64,000 nt of DNA from Thermodesulfobacteriota bacterium (GCA_964291405.2 OZ219926.1:4480001-4544000), one strand, 5' to 3'; shown: positions 27,401 to 36,768, counted from the stretch's first letter. Notes: generated by a model from the sequence alone, not told the origin. A program made the numbers and translations.

Positions 27401-28035
27401 TCTCCAGCCGTGGGCAGAAACTCCGCCACGCTCGAACCGAACGGGTCGGCTTTAATAAGGACGGACGTGCCTGCCGGAGCAAACAGGGTCGCCGTAAAAC
27501 TCCCATCAGCCGCGGCCTGCGCAGTGGTAAAGTGCCCGGTCTCCAGAGTAAAGGCGACCACCGCACTATAAGGCGCAACCGCGCCCGTCGCCCCGGTCAA
27601 CGTCACCTCACCGTCTGCGGTAGGAGAAGAGATACTGATGAGCGCGGCCTTGGGTGGATCGCTGGGCACGAACGGCATGGGCTGCCGGCTCACTGTGAGC
27701 ACCAAGTCCGCCACTCCTTTCCCGCTGACTTCAAGACGGTGCCGGGTCGGCTGGAGGGGAAACGCTGGGCGGACTGTGACGACATAGTCTGCTGGAGGGA
27801 CGCGGAGTTGAAAGTTGCCCGTGGGAGTCGTGTCGGAGCAGAAGGGATTCTCCCACCATGCTTCAGTCGAGAGATGAGCACAGACCTGAGCATCGGACAC
27901 CGGATGGGCCGTATCGTCCACGACTTTGCCTTCCAACAACGCGTCGGTCTGTTGGGCCTCAGCGGGCTGTGCAACCTCTAGCCCAACGAGGAGGACGACA
28001 AGGAGCAGGAGACGCAGGATAGTTGGCTCGTGCAT
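24409..28035 (-). CDS. Large secreted protein (one carboxypeptidase-regulatory-like domain + conserved unknown core), paralog C
   Basis: Signal peptide; LEGKVVDD..PV..A repeat; high similarity to paralogs A and B. Confidence 0.85.
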   Translation of the reverse strand: MHEPTILRLLLLVVLLVGLEVAQPAEAQQTDALLEGKVVDDTAHPVSDAQVCAHLSTEAWWENPFCSDTTPTGNFQLRVPPADYVVTVRPAFPLQPTRHRLEVSGKGVADLVLTVSRQPMPFVPSDPPKAALISISSPTADGEVTLTGATGAVAPYSAVVAFTLETGHFTTAQAAADGSFTATLFAPAGTSVLIKADPFGSSVAEFLPTAGDGGKQILLSSGGQGGYLYPLAGLPGTILRVADPPGAGIPIGGAGRRSLESLPAWTFHGSINTQTPAPGDLLRVRGRVRVDSPALQGGSALRLGTRLGLERLSHTDGSSILRSSSFASTFLTPTGLPIERQPRWWDEGVSQYQEGSLVKTAATQAEAEIDLTLPLPPDLPAGYYRPSLNFWFPDMPAEDPPSRSITLRAQQAARGLISDAPLPIIRVGNPAPPHLDWVLLLDTPSNGSRGVLAGEDADRFGVAQRILISSDTFIIPRLGTASGQPLPYRLEPFIPTVSLANGSGGEIPAPPLIPFRFPSGSLTVTIRQPDGRETVLGPTPFVQSRLKSLVDEIGELLDFGGGHISDAYQLTTLDPRFEVTFAQDGLHVITVEGTIDDIWGNTWMGGGTYEVHVGRILALDTAVLPGTHFEVGDGFNPGLVISPPITAEVEVRFQHVPHSDLNQLQERVIRGRTNRFGYFQPAGNSFVFNQPGEYRVDITATGRDAQGQLWMGSRTWGGVVAPGNPTIVAHGRRGIDSQETIGPQWFTRDQLGIPVGGNHVPLPFQSGDVQWLENADSAIPLLTFHDPSRQLTALLRQRGSDYIPLQPPGSFAERVVVGETPLFSSRPDGRDPHHDPSKVDLWAYSYRSSQRPLIRVREEISEDSIPNPYWRFDDLYANQIGVGQHGDLPGEFKFQYGAAVLHGLALDQSHYAIHGSLFVLVPDDDPDGTRTFPPFQGNGGGPSGGPLFTLKGEEIDLFIHLTGVRPGSVLETGNTFALVGAIGPTLPAQVSYTVTAPDGSQRRFSGWANEIGYYYEPDDNFIVDQPGRYTVDLQVTYDGSTSAGQVTAPFPQGHVLGTARGRFSVYVVSSHSPPLTVDLPRHDFLTAPADFTVTASASSGRTLTDGHMTALIPGVVLEDGPLSVEANGLTYDYDPVNLAAGVPILDVERFGQPVAADVVTVSLFGEGTDSEGQPSYAARVVTLHGPEFLNLTPVAPGPNAIRDLEPLE

Positions 28036-28049
28036 GAAATCTGCCCTCC

Positions 28050-31000
28050 TTACTCCAGCGGCTCCAGGTCACGGAGGGCATTGGGGTCGGGCGCGATCGG
28101 CGTCAGGCTCAGGAACTCCGGGCCGTGTAATGTCACCACCCGCGCCGCATAACTCGGCTGGCCCTCGCTGTCCATACTCTCTCCAAACAGACTGACCGTG
28201 ACCACATCGGCCGCCACCGGAACACCCTCGCGTTCTACGTCCAGTATCGGTACTCCAGAGGCGAGACCCACCGGATCGTAGTCATAGGTCAACCTATTAC
28301 TGCCTACCGTTAGTGGACCATCCTCCAGGACGACGCCCGGCATCAACGCTGTCATATGGCCCTCGGTGAGTGTCAGCCCATTAGACGCTCTAGCCGTGAC
28401 GGTGAAGTCGGCCGGGGCCGTCAAGAAGTCATGCCGAGGTAGGTCCACGGTGAGTGGGGGGCTGTGAGGAGAGACGACGTACACGGAGAAACGCCCTCGG
28501 GCCGTGCCGAGCACGTGGCCTTGGGGAAAAGGTTCCGTGACTTGTCCGGCGGAGGTGCTTCCGTCGTAGGTCACTTGGAGATCGACGATGTAGCGTCCGG
28601 GCTGATCCACGATGAAATTATCCTCCGGTTCGTAGTAGTACCCAATCTCATTCGCCACCCCGCTGAACCGTTGTTGGCTGCCATCTGGCGCGGTAACGGT
28701 ATACGTCACCTGGGCGGGCAGGGTGGGGCCTATTGCCCCAACCAGGGCGAAGGTGTTGCCGGTCTCCAACACACTGCCGGGTCGCACCCCGGTCAGATGC
28801 ATAAACAGGTCAATCTGTTCATCCTTGAGGGTGAACAGAGGGCCACCGCTGGGGCCACCGCCGTTGCCCTGAAACGGTGGAAAGGTGCGCGTCCCATCTG
28901 GATCGTCATTGGGCACCAAGACAAACAGCGAGCCGTAGATGGCGTAGTGCGCTTGGTCGAGCGCGGAGCCGTGCAGGACCGCTGCCCCATACTGAAACTT
29001 GAACTCCCCAGGCAGATCGCCGTTCGCTCCCACCCCGATCTGGTTGGCATAGCGTTCATTAAAACGCCAATATGGGTTCGGAATGACATCTTCGCTAATC
29101 TCTTCCCGAACCCGAACGAGTGGGCGCTGGACCGAACGATAGCTGTAGGCCCAGAGGTCTACCTTGGTGGGGTCGAGATGGGGATCAAGCCCATCGGGAC
29201 GACTGGAGAACAGCGGCGCTTCGCCCACCACCACCCGCTCGGCAAAGCTGCCGGGTCCCACTATAGCTGCTCCCGGTGCTCTTTTCCTCAGTAGCTCGGT
29301 AAGGCGGCGACTCGGATCGTGAAAGCTCAACAACGGAAGGTCAGCGTCCAGAGCTTCGAGCCATTGCACATCGCCCGACTGAAAGGGAAAGTGGACCTTC
29401 CCGGAACCGACCGGGATGCCGATCTGGTCACGGGTGAACCACTGGGGGCCAATCGTCTCCTGACTCTCAATCCCCCGCCGGCCGTGGGCAACAATAGTGG
29501 GATTCATCGGCGCCACGACACCGCCCCAGGTCCGTGAACCCATCCACAGCTGTCCCTTCGTATCCTCGCCCTTTGCCGTAATATCGACCCGGTACTCCCC
29601 AGGCTGATCGAACACGAAGCTGTTGCCCGCCGGTTGGAAGTACCCAAAGCGGTTCGTCCGGCCCCGGATCACCCGCTCCTCAAGCTGACTGACATCCGAG
29701 TGGGGGATGTGCTGGAGCCGCACCTCGACCTCGGCGGTCATCGGTGGGGAGACGACCAGCCCCGGATTGAACCCATCACCCACCTCAAAGTGGGTGCCAG
29801 GCAGTACAGCGGTATCCAGAGCCAGGACCCGACCGACATGGACTTCGTAGGTGCCGCCTCCGGTCCAGGTGTGGCCCCAGATATCGTCAATCGTGCCCTC
29901 GACGGTAATGACGTGGAGTCCATCTTGCGCAAACGTGACCTCAAAGCGGGGGTCTAGGGTGGTGAGTTGATAGGCATTGGTAATATGGCCTCCACCGTCA
30001 TCTATAGGAAAGCCATCTTCCTTCACGAGGCTCTTCAGACGGGACTGGACAAAGGGAGTGGGGCCCAGGAAGGTTTCACGCCCATCGGGACGGCGAATCG
30101 TGACGGTGAGACTGCCGGAGGGAAAGCGGAAGGGAATGGTGGGTGGACCTGGGAGATCCCCCTTACCAATACTTACGGTCGGGGCAAACGGTTCGAGACG
30201 ATAGGTCAGCGGGTGTCCCGAGGCTGCATCCAGGCGCGGGATCACAAAGGTTTCTGATGTGGTGAGAATCCGTTGGGCTATCCCAAAGTGGTCGATGTCT
30301 TCTTCTGTCAGGATTCCACGCGACCCGTTGCTGAGGGTGTCCAGGAAGAGCGCCCAATACAGACGGGGCGAGGCTGGACTTCCGACCCGGATAATCGGCA
30401 GACGGACGGCGGATGGTTCATGCCGGCCCGACTCTGAGTGAATAAATAAACGGCTGGAAGGACTCTCCTGTGGCATATCTGGAAAGTGGAAGGCAAGAAT
30501 CGGCTGATAATACCCCGCGGGTAAATCGGGCGGTAGAGGCAGCGTCAGGTCTACCCTCGCTTCGGCCTGGTCGGAAGCCGTTTTGACTAAAGGCACTGCT
30601 TGGTATTGGCTGAAGCCGTTATTCCAAAAGGGTTCCCGTTCAAGCGGCAGATTGGTAGGAGTGAGGAAGGTGGAAGCAAAGATGCTCCTGCGGAGTATGC
30701 TCGACCCCTCGGGATCCGAGAGTCGGTCAAGCCGGAGGTCTGTCTGGACCTGGAGTGCATCAACCCCCTGTAGGGCTGGGGAATCCACCCGGACCGTGCC
30801 GTTGACTCGTAGAGGAGCGCCCGGGGCGAGAGTCTGGGTCGTAATAGAGCCGTGGAATGTCCAGGCGGGGGGGGCTTCAGAATGGGTCCGCCCTGCACTG
30901 CCAATTGGAATACCAGTGCTCGAGGGGTCCGTAACTCGCAGAATCGTACCAGGGAAACCAGTTAGTGCCGTATTCTGTTCTTCCTGATCTTCGGTAGGAA

Positions 31001-32114
31001 AAAACGCTGCCACGTTAGGACCGAACGGGTCGGCTTTGATGAGGATGGAGGTGCCCGCTGGAGCAAACAGGGTGGCTGTGAAACTTCCACTAGCCGTAGC
31101 CTGGACGGCAGTAAAATGGCCAGTATTCAGGGTAACGGCGACCACTGTACTATGGGGAGCAACCGAGCCCGCCGACCCGGTCAGCTTCACTTCACCGTCC
31201 GCCGTAGGCACGGAGATGCTGATGAGAGCAGCCTTAGGCGGATCATCGGGCACAAATGGCATGGGCTGCCGACTCACTGTCAAAATGAGATCTGTCACTC
31301 CCGCTCCGCTGACCTCCAAGCGACGTCGAGTCGGGTGGAGGGGGAGGATCGGGTGGATCGTGATCACATACATCGCCGGGGCGACTCGGATCTGAAAGCC
31401 ACCTGCAAGCTCGGTATTCGTACAGAAACCTTCCCACCACTGCTCGGCAGGCAGGTGGACACAGAGCTGTGCGTCTGGTACGGGCTGTTCCGCGTCGTCC
31501 ACGACCTTGCCTTCCAGCAGTACGCCGGACTCCAAAGTGATGTTGAGGATGGTATCCTGAGTGACCTCTACTCCCTCCAGCCTCGGATTCAGGAAGGCGT
31601 CGTGATGCACTTCAATCCGGTAGGTCCCCACAGGCAGCCCTAAGCTGTAGTGGCCGGACGTGTCCACATTGCGGGAACTGAACTGCTCCCCAGCGTCGCT
31701 ATGGACAGCCAGCCAGACCCCGGTCGGCGGCTGCCCGTTGGCGGTCGTCACCCGCCCGGATAGCGTCACGCCTTGCTCCAGGACAATATCACGGGTGGTA
31801 TGCGTCGAGAGCGTCAGGTCAATCCTTTGTCGAATGAGCGAGCCGTGTGGAGGCAGAATCTCAAACTGGTAGGTTCCTGGCGCCGCCGTGAGGCGATAGG
31901 TGCCATTACCGTCCGTCTCCTGCCCGTTAACCCAGACCCAGCCCGGTAGACGGAACAACTCAACGGACGCGCCACGTACGGGCTGGCCGGCGGCGTTTGT
32001 GACCCGCCCGGACAGGGTGACGCTCTGTTGGGCATAAGCCGGCTGGGCAGCCACCAGCCAGCCGATAAGGAAGACCAGGAGCAGGGGACGTAGGATCGAG
32101 CGCGGCTCGTGCAT
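28050..32114 (-). CDS. Large secreted protein (three carboxypeptidase-regulatory-like domains + conserved core), paralog B
   Basis: GAGGAG RBS; signal peptide; LSGRVT..G.P/G.Y....P.GTY repeats. Confidence 0.85.
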   Translation of the reverse strand: MHEPRSILRPLLLVFLIGWLVAAQPAYAQQSVTLSGRVTNAAGQPVRGASVELFRLPGWVWVNGQETDGNGTYRLTAAPGTYQFEILPPHGSLIRQRIDLTLSTHTTRDIVLEQGVTLSGRVTTANGQPPTGVWLAVHSDAGEQFSSRNVDTSGHYSLGLPVGTYRIEVHHDAFLNPRLEGVEVTQDTILNITLESGVLLEGKVVDDAEQPVPDAQLCVHLPAEQWWEGFCTNTELAGGFQIRVAPAMYVITIHPILPLHPTRRRLEVSGAGVTDLILTVSRQPMPFVPDDPPKAALISISVPTADGEVKLTGSAGSVAPHSTVVAVTLNTGHFTAVQATASGSFTATLFAPAGTSILIKADPFGPNVAAFFPTEDQEEQNTALTGFPGTILRVTDPSSTGIPIGSAGRTHSEAPPAWTFHGSITTQTLAPGAPLRVNGTVRVDSPALQGVDALQVQTDLRLDRLSDPEGSSILRRSIFASTFLTPTNLPLEREPFWNNGFSQYQAVPLVKTASDQAEARVDLTLPLPPDLPAGYYQPILAFHFPDMPQESPSSRLFIHSESGRHEPSAVRLPIIRVGSPASPRLYWALFLDTLSNGSRGILTEEDIDHFGIAQRILTTSETFVIPRLDAASGHPLTYRLEPFAPTVSIGKGDLPGPPTIPFRFPSGSLTVTIRRPDGRETFLGPTPFVQSRLKSLVKEDGFPIDDGGGHITNAYQLTTLDPRFEVTFAQDGLHVITVEGTIDDIWGHTWTGGGTYEVHVGRVLALDTAVLPGTHFEVGDGFNPGLVVSPPMTAEVEVRLQHIPHSDVSQLEERVIRGRTNRFGYFQPAGNSFVFDQPGEYRVDITAKGEDTKGQLWMGSRTWGGVVAPMNPTIVAHGRRGIESQETIGPQWFTRDQIGIPVGSGKVHFPFQSGDVQWLEALDADLPLLSFHDPSRRLTELLRKRAPGAAIVGPGSFAERVVVGEAPLFSSRPDGLDPHLDPTKVDLWAYSYRSVQRPLVRVREEISEDVIPNPYWRFNERYANQIGVGANGDLPGEFKFQYGAAVLHGSALDQAHYAIYGSLFVLVPNDDPDGTRTFPPFQGNGGGPSGGPLFTLKDEQIDLFMHLTGVRPGSVLETGNTFALVGAIGPTLPAQVTYTVTAPDGSQQRFSGVANEIGYYYEPEDNFIVDQPGRYIVDLQVTYDGSTSAGQVTEPFPQGHVLGTARGRFSVYVVSPHSPPLTVDLPRHDFLTAPADFTVTARASNGLTLTEGHMTALMPGVVLEDGPLTVGSNRLTYDYDPVGLASGVPILDVEREGVPVAADVVTVSLFGESMDSEGQPSYAARVVTLHGPEFLSLTPIAPDPNALRDLEPLE

Positions 32115-32129
32115 GAAGTTCTCCTCACG

Positions 32130-35100
32130 TTACTCCAGTGGCTCCAAATCACGGATCGCATTGGGACCAGGCGCGACCGGCGTCAGGTTCAGGAACTCCG
32201 CCCCGTGTAGCGTCACCACCCGCGCCGCATAGCTCGGTTGGCCTTCACTGTCCGTCCCCTCTCCAAACAGACTGACTGTGACCACATCCGCCGCAACGGG
32301 GCGACCATCACGTTCTACGTCCAGGATCGGTACTCCAGCAGCCAGACTCACCGGATCGTAGTCATAGGTCAGCCCGTTGTTCCTCAACGACAGCGGCCCG
32401 TCCTCCAGTACCACTCCCGGCATCAAGGCTGTCATATGCCCGCTCGTAAGCGTCATCTCTGTTGGTGTACTGGCCGTGACCGTGAAGTCCGATGGTGCCG
32501 TCAGGAAATCATGCCGAGGCAGGTCCACAGTCAACGGCATACTATGGGGCGAGACGACGTAGACCGAGAATTGCCCCCGTGCCGTGCCGAGTACGTGGCC
32601 GGTCGGAAAGGGGGCCGTGACTTGCCCAGCGGACGTACTCCCATCATAGGTGACTTGCAGATCAACGGTGTATCGTCCAGGTTGGTCCACGATGAAGTTA
32701 TCATCCGGTTCGTAGTAATAGCCGATCTCATTCGCCCACCCACTGAAGCGGCGTTGGCTGCCGTCCGGGGCCGTAACGGTATAGGTCACCTGGGCCGGCA
32801 GAGTGGGACCGATTGCTCCGACCAAGGCAAAGGTATTACCTGTCTCTAGTACGCTACCGGGTCGCACACCGGTCAGATGCATGAAGAGGTCGATATCTTC
32901 ACCTTTGAGGGTAAAGAGAGGCCCGCCACTTGGGCCCCCACCGTTGCCCTGAAACGGGGGAAAGGTCCGGGTGCCGTCCGGGTCGTTCTCTGGAAGTAAG
33001 ACAAACAGAGAGCCGTGGATGGCGTAATGTGCTTGATCGAGCGCGGAGCCGTGCAGTACCGCTGCCCCATACTGAAACTTGAACTCGCCGGGCAGGTCAC
33101 CGTGGGCTCCCACCCCAATTTGCTTGGCGTAACGATCATTAAAACGCCAATACGGATTCGGAATAGAGTCTTCGCTGATCTCTTCGCGGACGCGGACGAG
33201 CGGGCGCTGTACCGAGCGATAGCTGTAGGCCCACAGATCCACCTTGCTGGGATCGAGATGGGGATCATCCCCATCGGGCCGACTGGAGAACAGCGGGGTT
33301 TCACCCACCACCACCCGCTCGGCAAAGCTGCCGGCCCCCACTCCGAGAGGGACGCTCTCACCCCCTCTTTGCCGCAGCAGCGCGGTGAGCTGGCGACTCG
33401 GGTCGTGAAAGGTCAGGACCGGGAGGGAGGAGTCGACATCGCCTGCCTCTTCGACCCAGGTCACATCACCGGACTGAAAGGGAAAGGGCACATGGGGAGT
33501 CTCCCCATTCCGGGACAGTTGGTCGAAAAAGAACCACTGCGGTCCGATCGTATTCTGCTGATCAATCCCCCGCCGTCCGTGGGCCACAATGGTGGGATTG
33601 ACCGGAGCTACGACGCCGCCCCAAGTGCGCGAGCCCCTCCACAGTTGTTCCAGCGCATCCCGACCTCGCGCAGTGACATCCACCCGGTACTCCCCCGGTT
33701 GATCGAATATCACGCTGTTACCCGCCGGTTGGAAATAGCCAAAGCGGTTCGTCTGCCCCCGAATAACGCGCTCCTCAAGCTGACTGATATCCGAGTGGGG
33801 TATATGCTGAATCCGTACCTCCACTTCGGTCGTCATCGGTGGGGAGACCACCAAGCCTGGATTGAAGCCATCACCGACCTCGAAATGTGTACCGGGGAGC
33901 ACGGCGGTATCCAGGGCCAGAACCCGCCCAACATGAACTTCATAGGTGCCGCCCCCAGTCCAGGTGTTGCCCCAGATATCGTCAATCGTCCCCTCCACAG
34001 TAATAACGTGCGGGCCGTCTTGTGTGAACGTGACGTCAAAACGCGGGCCCAAGGTGGTGAGTTGGTAGGCATCGGTAATATGGCCTCCACCCCCGTCTAA
34101 GAGAAATCCCTCTTCGTTCACGAGGCTCTTGAGCCGGGACTGCACGAACGGGGCGGGACCCAGGACCCGCTCGGCTCCATCGGGCTGGCGGATTCTAACG
34201 GTGAGACTCCCCGAGGGAAACCGGAAGGCAATATGGGGGACATACAGTCTTCCGGCGCTCCCAGCGCCTCCCGCTGGGACAAACGGCTCAAGGCGATAGG
34301 TCAGCAGCCTGCCTGACGCTGTGCTCTGCCGCGGGATTACAAACGTTTCCGAGGAAGTCAGAATCCGTTGGGCGATTCCGAAGCGGTCAGCGTCTTCTCC
34401 AGCCAGAACCCCGCGCGAGCCGTTGCTGAGCGTATCCAGCAAGAGCACCCAGTCCAGGTGTGGCAGGGCAGGACTTCCCACCCGGATAATCGGCAGGCGG
34501 GCTGTGTCTGATGGACTTATACTAAAATCTGGGAGAATAACTGGACGGCTAGGGGAATGCTCCATAGGCATATCTGGGAAGAAGAGGGTAAGAAACGGTC
34601 TATAGTATCCGGCGGGTAAGTCAGCTGGTAGGGTGAGCGTCAGGTCAAGCTTCGCTTCAACCTGATCGGTAGTCGTTTTAACCAAAGGTCTCTCTTGGTA
34701 TTGGTTCAACCCCTCATCCCACCACTGGGGTTCCCGTTCAATCGGCAGTCCGGTGGTGGTGACGAAGGTAGATGCAAAGATGCTTCTACGGAGGAGACTT
34801 GACCCATCGGAGTCGGAGAGTCGCTCAAACCTGAGGGCCGCATTCACCTGGAGATTGTCAACCCCCTGTAAGACTGAGGAAGCCACCCGGACCGTGCCGC
34901 GGACCCGCAGGGGATCGCCTGGGGCGAAAGTGCGGGCTGTGAGAGAGCCCTGGAACGTCCAGGCAGGAAGCGTATCCCAATGGGACCGTCCGGCACCGCC
35001 GATTGGTATGCCACCGCCTGGGGGGGCCGCTACCCGCAGAATCGTCCCGGGGAGGCCTGCCAGCACTGCTGGCTTGGTATTTGCGTCTGCTTCTAAAGAT

Positions 35101-36212
35101 AAGAACTGTGCCACGGCTGTGCCGACCGGATCGGCTTTGATGAGGATGGACGTGCCGGCCGGAGCAAACAGGGCCGCCCGAAAACTCCCCCTATCCGTGG
35201 CTTGAGCGGTGGCAACGTGCCCGGTCTCCAGGGTAATGGCGACCACTGTGCTATGAGGAGCAACGGAACCCGCCGCCCCGTTCAGCGTCACCTCGCCCTC
35301 TGCCGTAGGAGCGGAGATGCTGATGAGTGCGGCTTTGGGAGGATCGTCAGGTACGAATGGCATGGGGTCCCGACTCACTGTCAGCACGAGGTCTGTCTCT
35401 CCCTCCTCGCTGACCTCTAGCACCTGCCGAGTCCGGTGGAGGGGGAACACCGGGCGGATCGTAACCACATATACCCCCGGGGTGACTTGGAGCTGAAAGC
35501 TGCCTCCATCTTCGCTATTCGTACAGAAACCTTCCCAGAACTCTTCGGTGGACAGGTGGACGCAGACCTGGGCGTTGGACACGGGCTGGTCCCCGTCGTC
35601 CACGATTTTCCCTCCCAGCACAACCCCGGCCTCCAGGATAATGTTGAGGACAGTGTCTTGGGCCACTGCCACCTCTTCCAGCCTCCGATCTATGAAGTCT
35701 TCGCTAACCACGTCGATCTGGTAGGTCCCAGCAGGTATTCCCAGGCTGTAGTGGCCATCGTCCGTCCAGGCAAAACTGATCTGCTGGCCTGCATCGTCCC
35801 GGACGGATAGATACACCCCGGGCGGCGACTGCCCACCGGGGCCGGTCACCTGCCCCGACAGTGTCACGCCGGTCTCCAAGACGATGTTCTGGGTGGCATT
35901 CGTCGAGAGCGACAGTTCTCGCTCGCGGGCAATGAGCGGGCCCTGAGCCCAGACCTTCAGCAGATATCTCCCTGACGGCACCGAGAAGCGATAGTCGCCG
36001 TTGCTGTCCGTGTCTTGCCCGTCAGTATAAATATATCCTGGCAGGCGTTCCAGAGAAACGCGTACGCCGGGCACGGCTTGACCGGCGGCGTCGGTGACCC
36101 GCCCGGACAGGGTGACGGTCTGTTGGGCTAAGGCGGGCTGTGTATTAACTGCCAGCCAGCCACTCAAGACGACCAGGAGCAGGAGACATAGGATAGTGCT
36201 CGGCTTATGCAT
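32130..36212 (-). CDS. Large secreted protein (three carboxypeptidase-regulatory-like domains + conserved core), paralog A
   Basis: GGAGG RBS; signal peptide; same architecture as paralog B. Confidence 0.85.
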   Translation of the reverse strand: MHKPSTILCLLLLVVLSGWLAVNTQPALAQQTVTLSGRVTDAAGQAVPGVRVSLERLPGYIYTDGQDTDSNGDYRFSVPSGRYLLKVWAQGPLIARERELSLSTNATQNIVLETGVTLSGQVTGPGGQSPPGVYLSVRDDAGQQISFAWTDDGHYSLGIPAGTYQIDVVSEDFIDRRLEEVAVAQDTVLNIILEAGVVLGGKIVDDGDQPVSNAQVCVHLSTEEFWEGFCTNSEDGGSFQLQVTPGVYVVTIRPVFPLHRTRQVLEVSEEGETDLVLTVSRDPMPFVPDDPPKAALISISAPTAEGEVTLNGAAGSVAPHSTVVAITLETGHVATAQATDRGSFRAALFAPAGTSILIKADPVGTAVAQFLSLEADANTKPAVLAGLPGTILRVAAPPGGGIPIGGAGRSHWDTLPAWTFQGSLTARTFAPGDPLRVRGTVRVASSVLQGVDNLQVNAALRFERLSDSDGSSLLRRSIFASTFVTTTGLPIEREPQWWDEGLNQYQERPLVKTTTDQVEAKLDLTLTLPADLPAGYYRPFLTLFFPDMPMEHSPSRPVILPDFSISPSDTARLPIIRVGSPALPHLDWVLLLDTLSNGSRGVLAGEDADRFGIAQRILTSSETFVIPRQSTASGRLLTYRLEPFVPAGGAGSAGRLYVPHIAFRFPSGSLTVRIRQPDGAERVLGPAPFVQSRLKSLVNEEGFLLDGGGGHITDAYQLTTLGPRFDVTFTQDGPHVITVEGTIDDIWGNTWTGGGTYEVHVGRVLALDTAVLPGTHFEVGDGFNPGLVVSPPMTTEVEVRIQHIPHSDISQLEERVIRGQTNRFGYFQPAGNSVIFDQPGEYRVDVTARGRDALEQLWRGSRTWGGVVAPVNPTIVAHGRRGIDQQNTIGPQWFFFDQLSRNGETPHVPFPFQSGDVTWVEEAGDVDSSLPVLTFHDPSRQLTALLRQRGGESVPLGVGAGSFAERVVVGETPLFSSRPDGDDPHLDPSKVDLWAYSYRSVQRPLVRVREEISEDSIPNPYWRFNDRYAKQIGVGAHGDLPGEFKFQYGAAVLHGSALDQAHYAIHGSLFVLLPENDPDGTRTFPPFQGNGGGPSGGPLFTLKGEDIDLFMHLTGVRPGSVLETGNTFALVGAIGPTLPAQVTYTVTAPDGSQRRFSGWANEIGYYYEPDDNFIVDQPGRYTVDLQVTYDGSTSAGQVTAPFPTGHVLGTARGQFSVYVVSPHSMPLTVDLPRHDFLTAPSDFTVTASTPTEMTLTSGHMTALMPGVVLEDGPLSLRNNGLTYDYDPVSLAAGVPILDVERDGRPVAADVVTVSLFGEGTDSEGQPSYAARVVTLHGAEFLNLTPVAPGPNAIRDLEPLE

Positions 36213-36231
36213 ACGAGCCTCCCGTCACCCG

Positions 36232-36768
36232 TTACTCTTCCACCCCCTCAATCACAAACCCCTGCACATTCTGATTCCAGCGCAGCAGCACATTCACCCC
36301 CGGGTCCGGAAAGTCCCGCGCCCGAAAGCGGCCACTTATCCCTCGGACAAAGTCCTCACCTTCCACGAGGGTGGCGACCTGAAACGTGCCGCGGGCAAAC
36401 TCCTCCCCATCATCGTAGGCCACGGCGGTATGGGTCCCATCCCCGAGCCGCGCCCAGTTCCAGATAGCCACAAAGCCGACATCGGCGCTGGCACACGCCC
36501 CGGCGTCGAGAACATCGGGCCGCTCGCTGCCGTACACCAGGGGAATCGGGTCTCCGCCGTTGAAGCGCACGGTGAGCTCCCCGTTGGCTTCACACTTCCA
36601 GCCCGAGATGACTCCCACACCCGAATAAAACAGCCCCCCACTCGGATTCTCCAGCGAGGCGGCCTGTGCCAGAGACGACGCCAAGACCACCAACCCCAGA
36701 CAGAGATGGAGGAGCAAAGACCTCCATCTCTTCCCAAAAGTCCTCCGTCGAGCAGGGTGCTGGCTCAT
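36232..36768 (-). CDS. Secreted stand-alone copy of the SGVGVISGWKCEA domain
   Basis: GGAGG RBS; LENPSGG..SGVGVISGWKCEA...GFVAIWNW..LGDG.HTAVAYDDG, as in the 9383-11985 paralogs. Confidence 0.8.
   Translation of the reverse strand: MSQHPARRRTFGKRWRSLLLHLCLGLVVLASSLAQAASLENPSGGLFYSGVGVISGWKCEANGELTVRFNGGDPIPLVYGSERPDVLDAGACASADVGFVAIWNWARLGDGTHTAVAYDDGEEFARGTFQVATLVEGEDFVRGISGRFRARDFPDPGVNVLLRWNQNVQGFVIEGVEE

Noticed and set aside
9373-36768. Diversity-generating retroelement or shufflon explaining the variable paralogs
   Set aside because: No reverse transcriptase or recombinase in the window, no TR/VR pair with adenine-specific differences seen, and variation includes indels.
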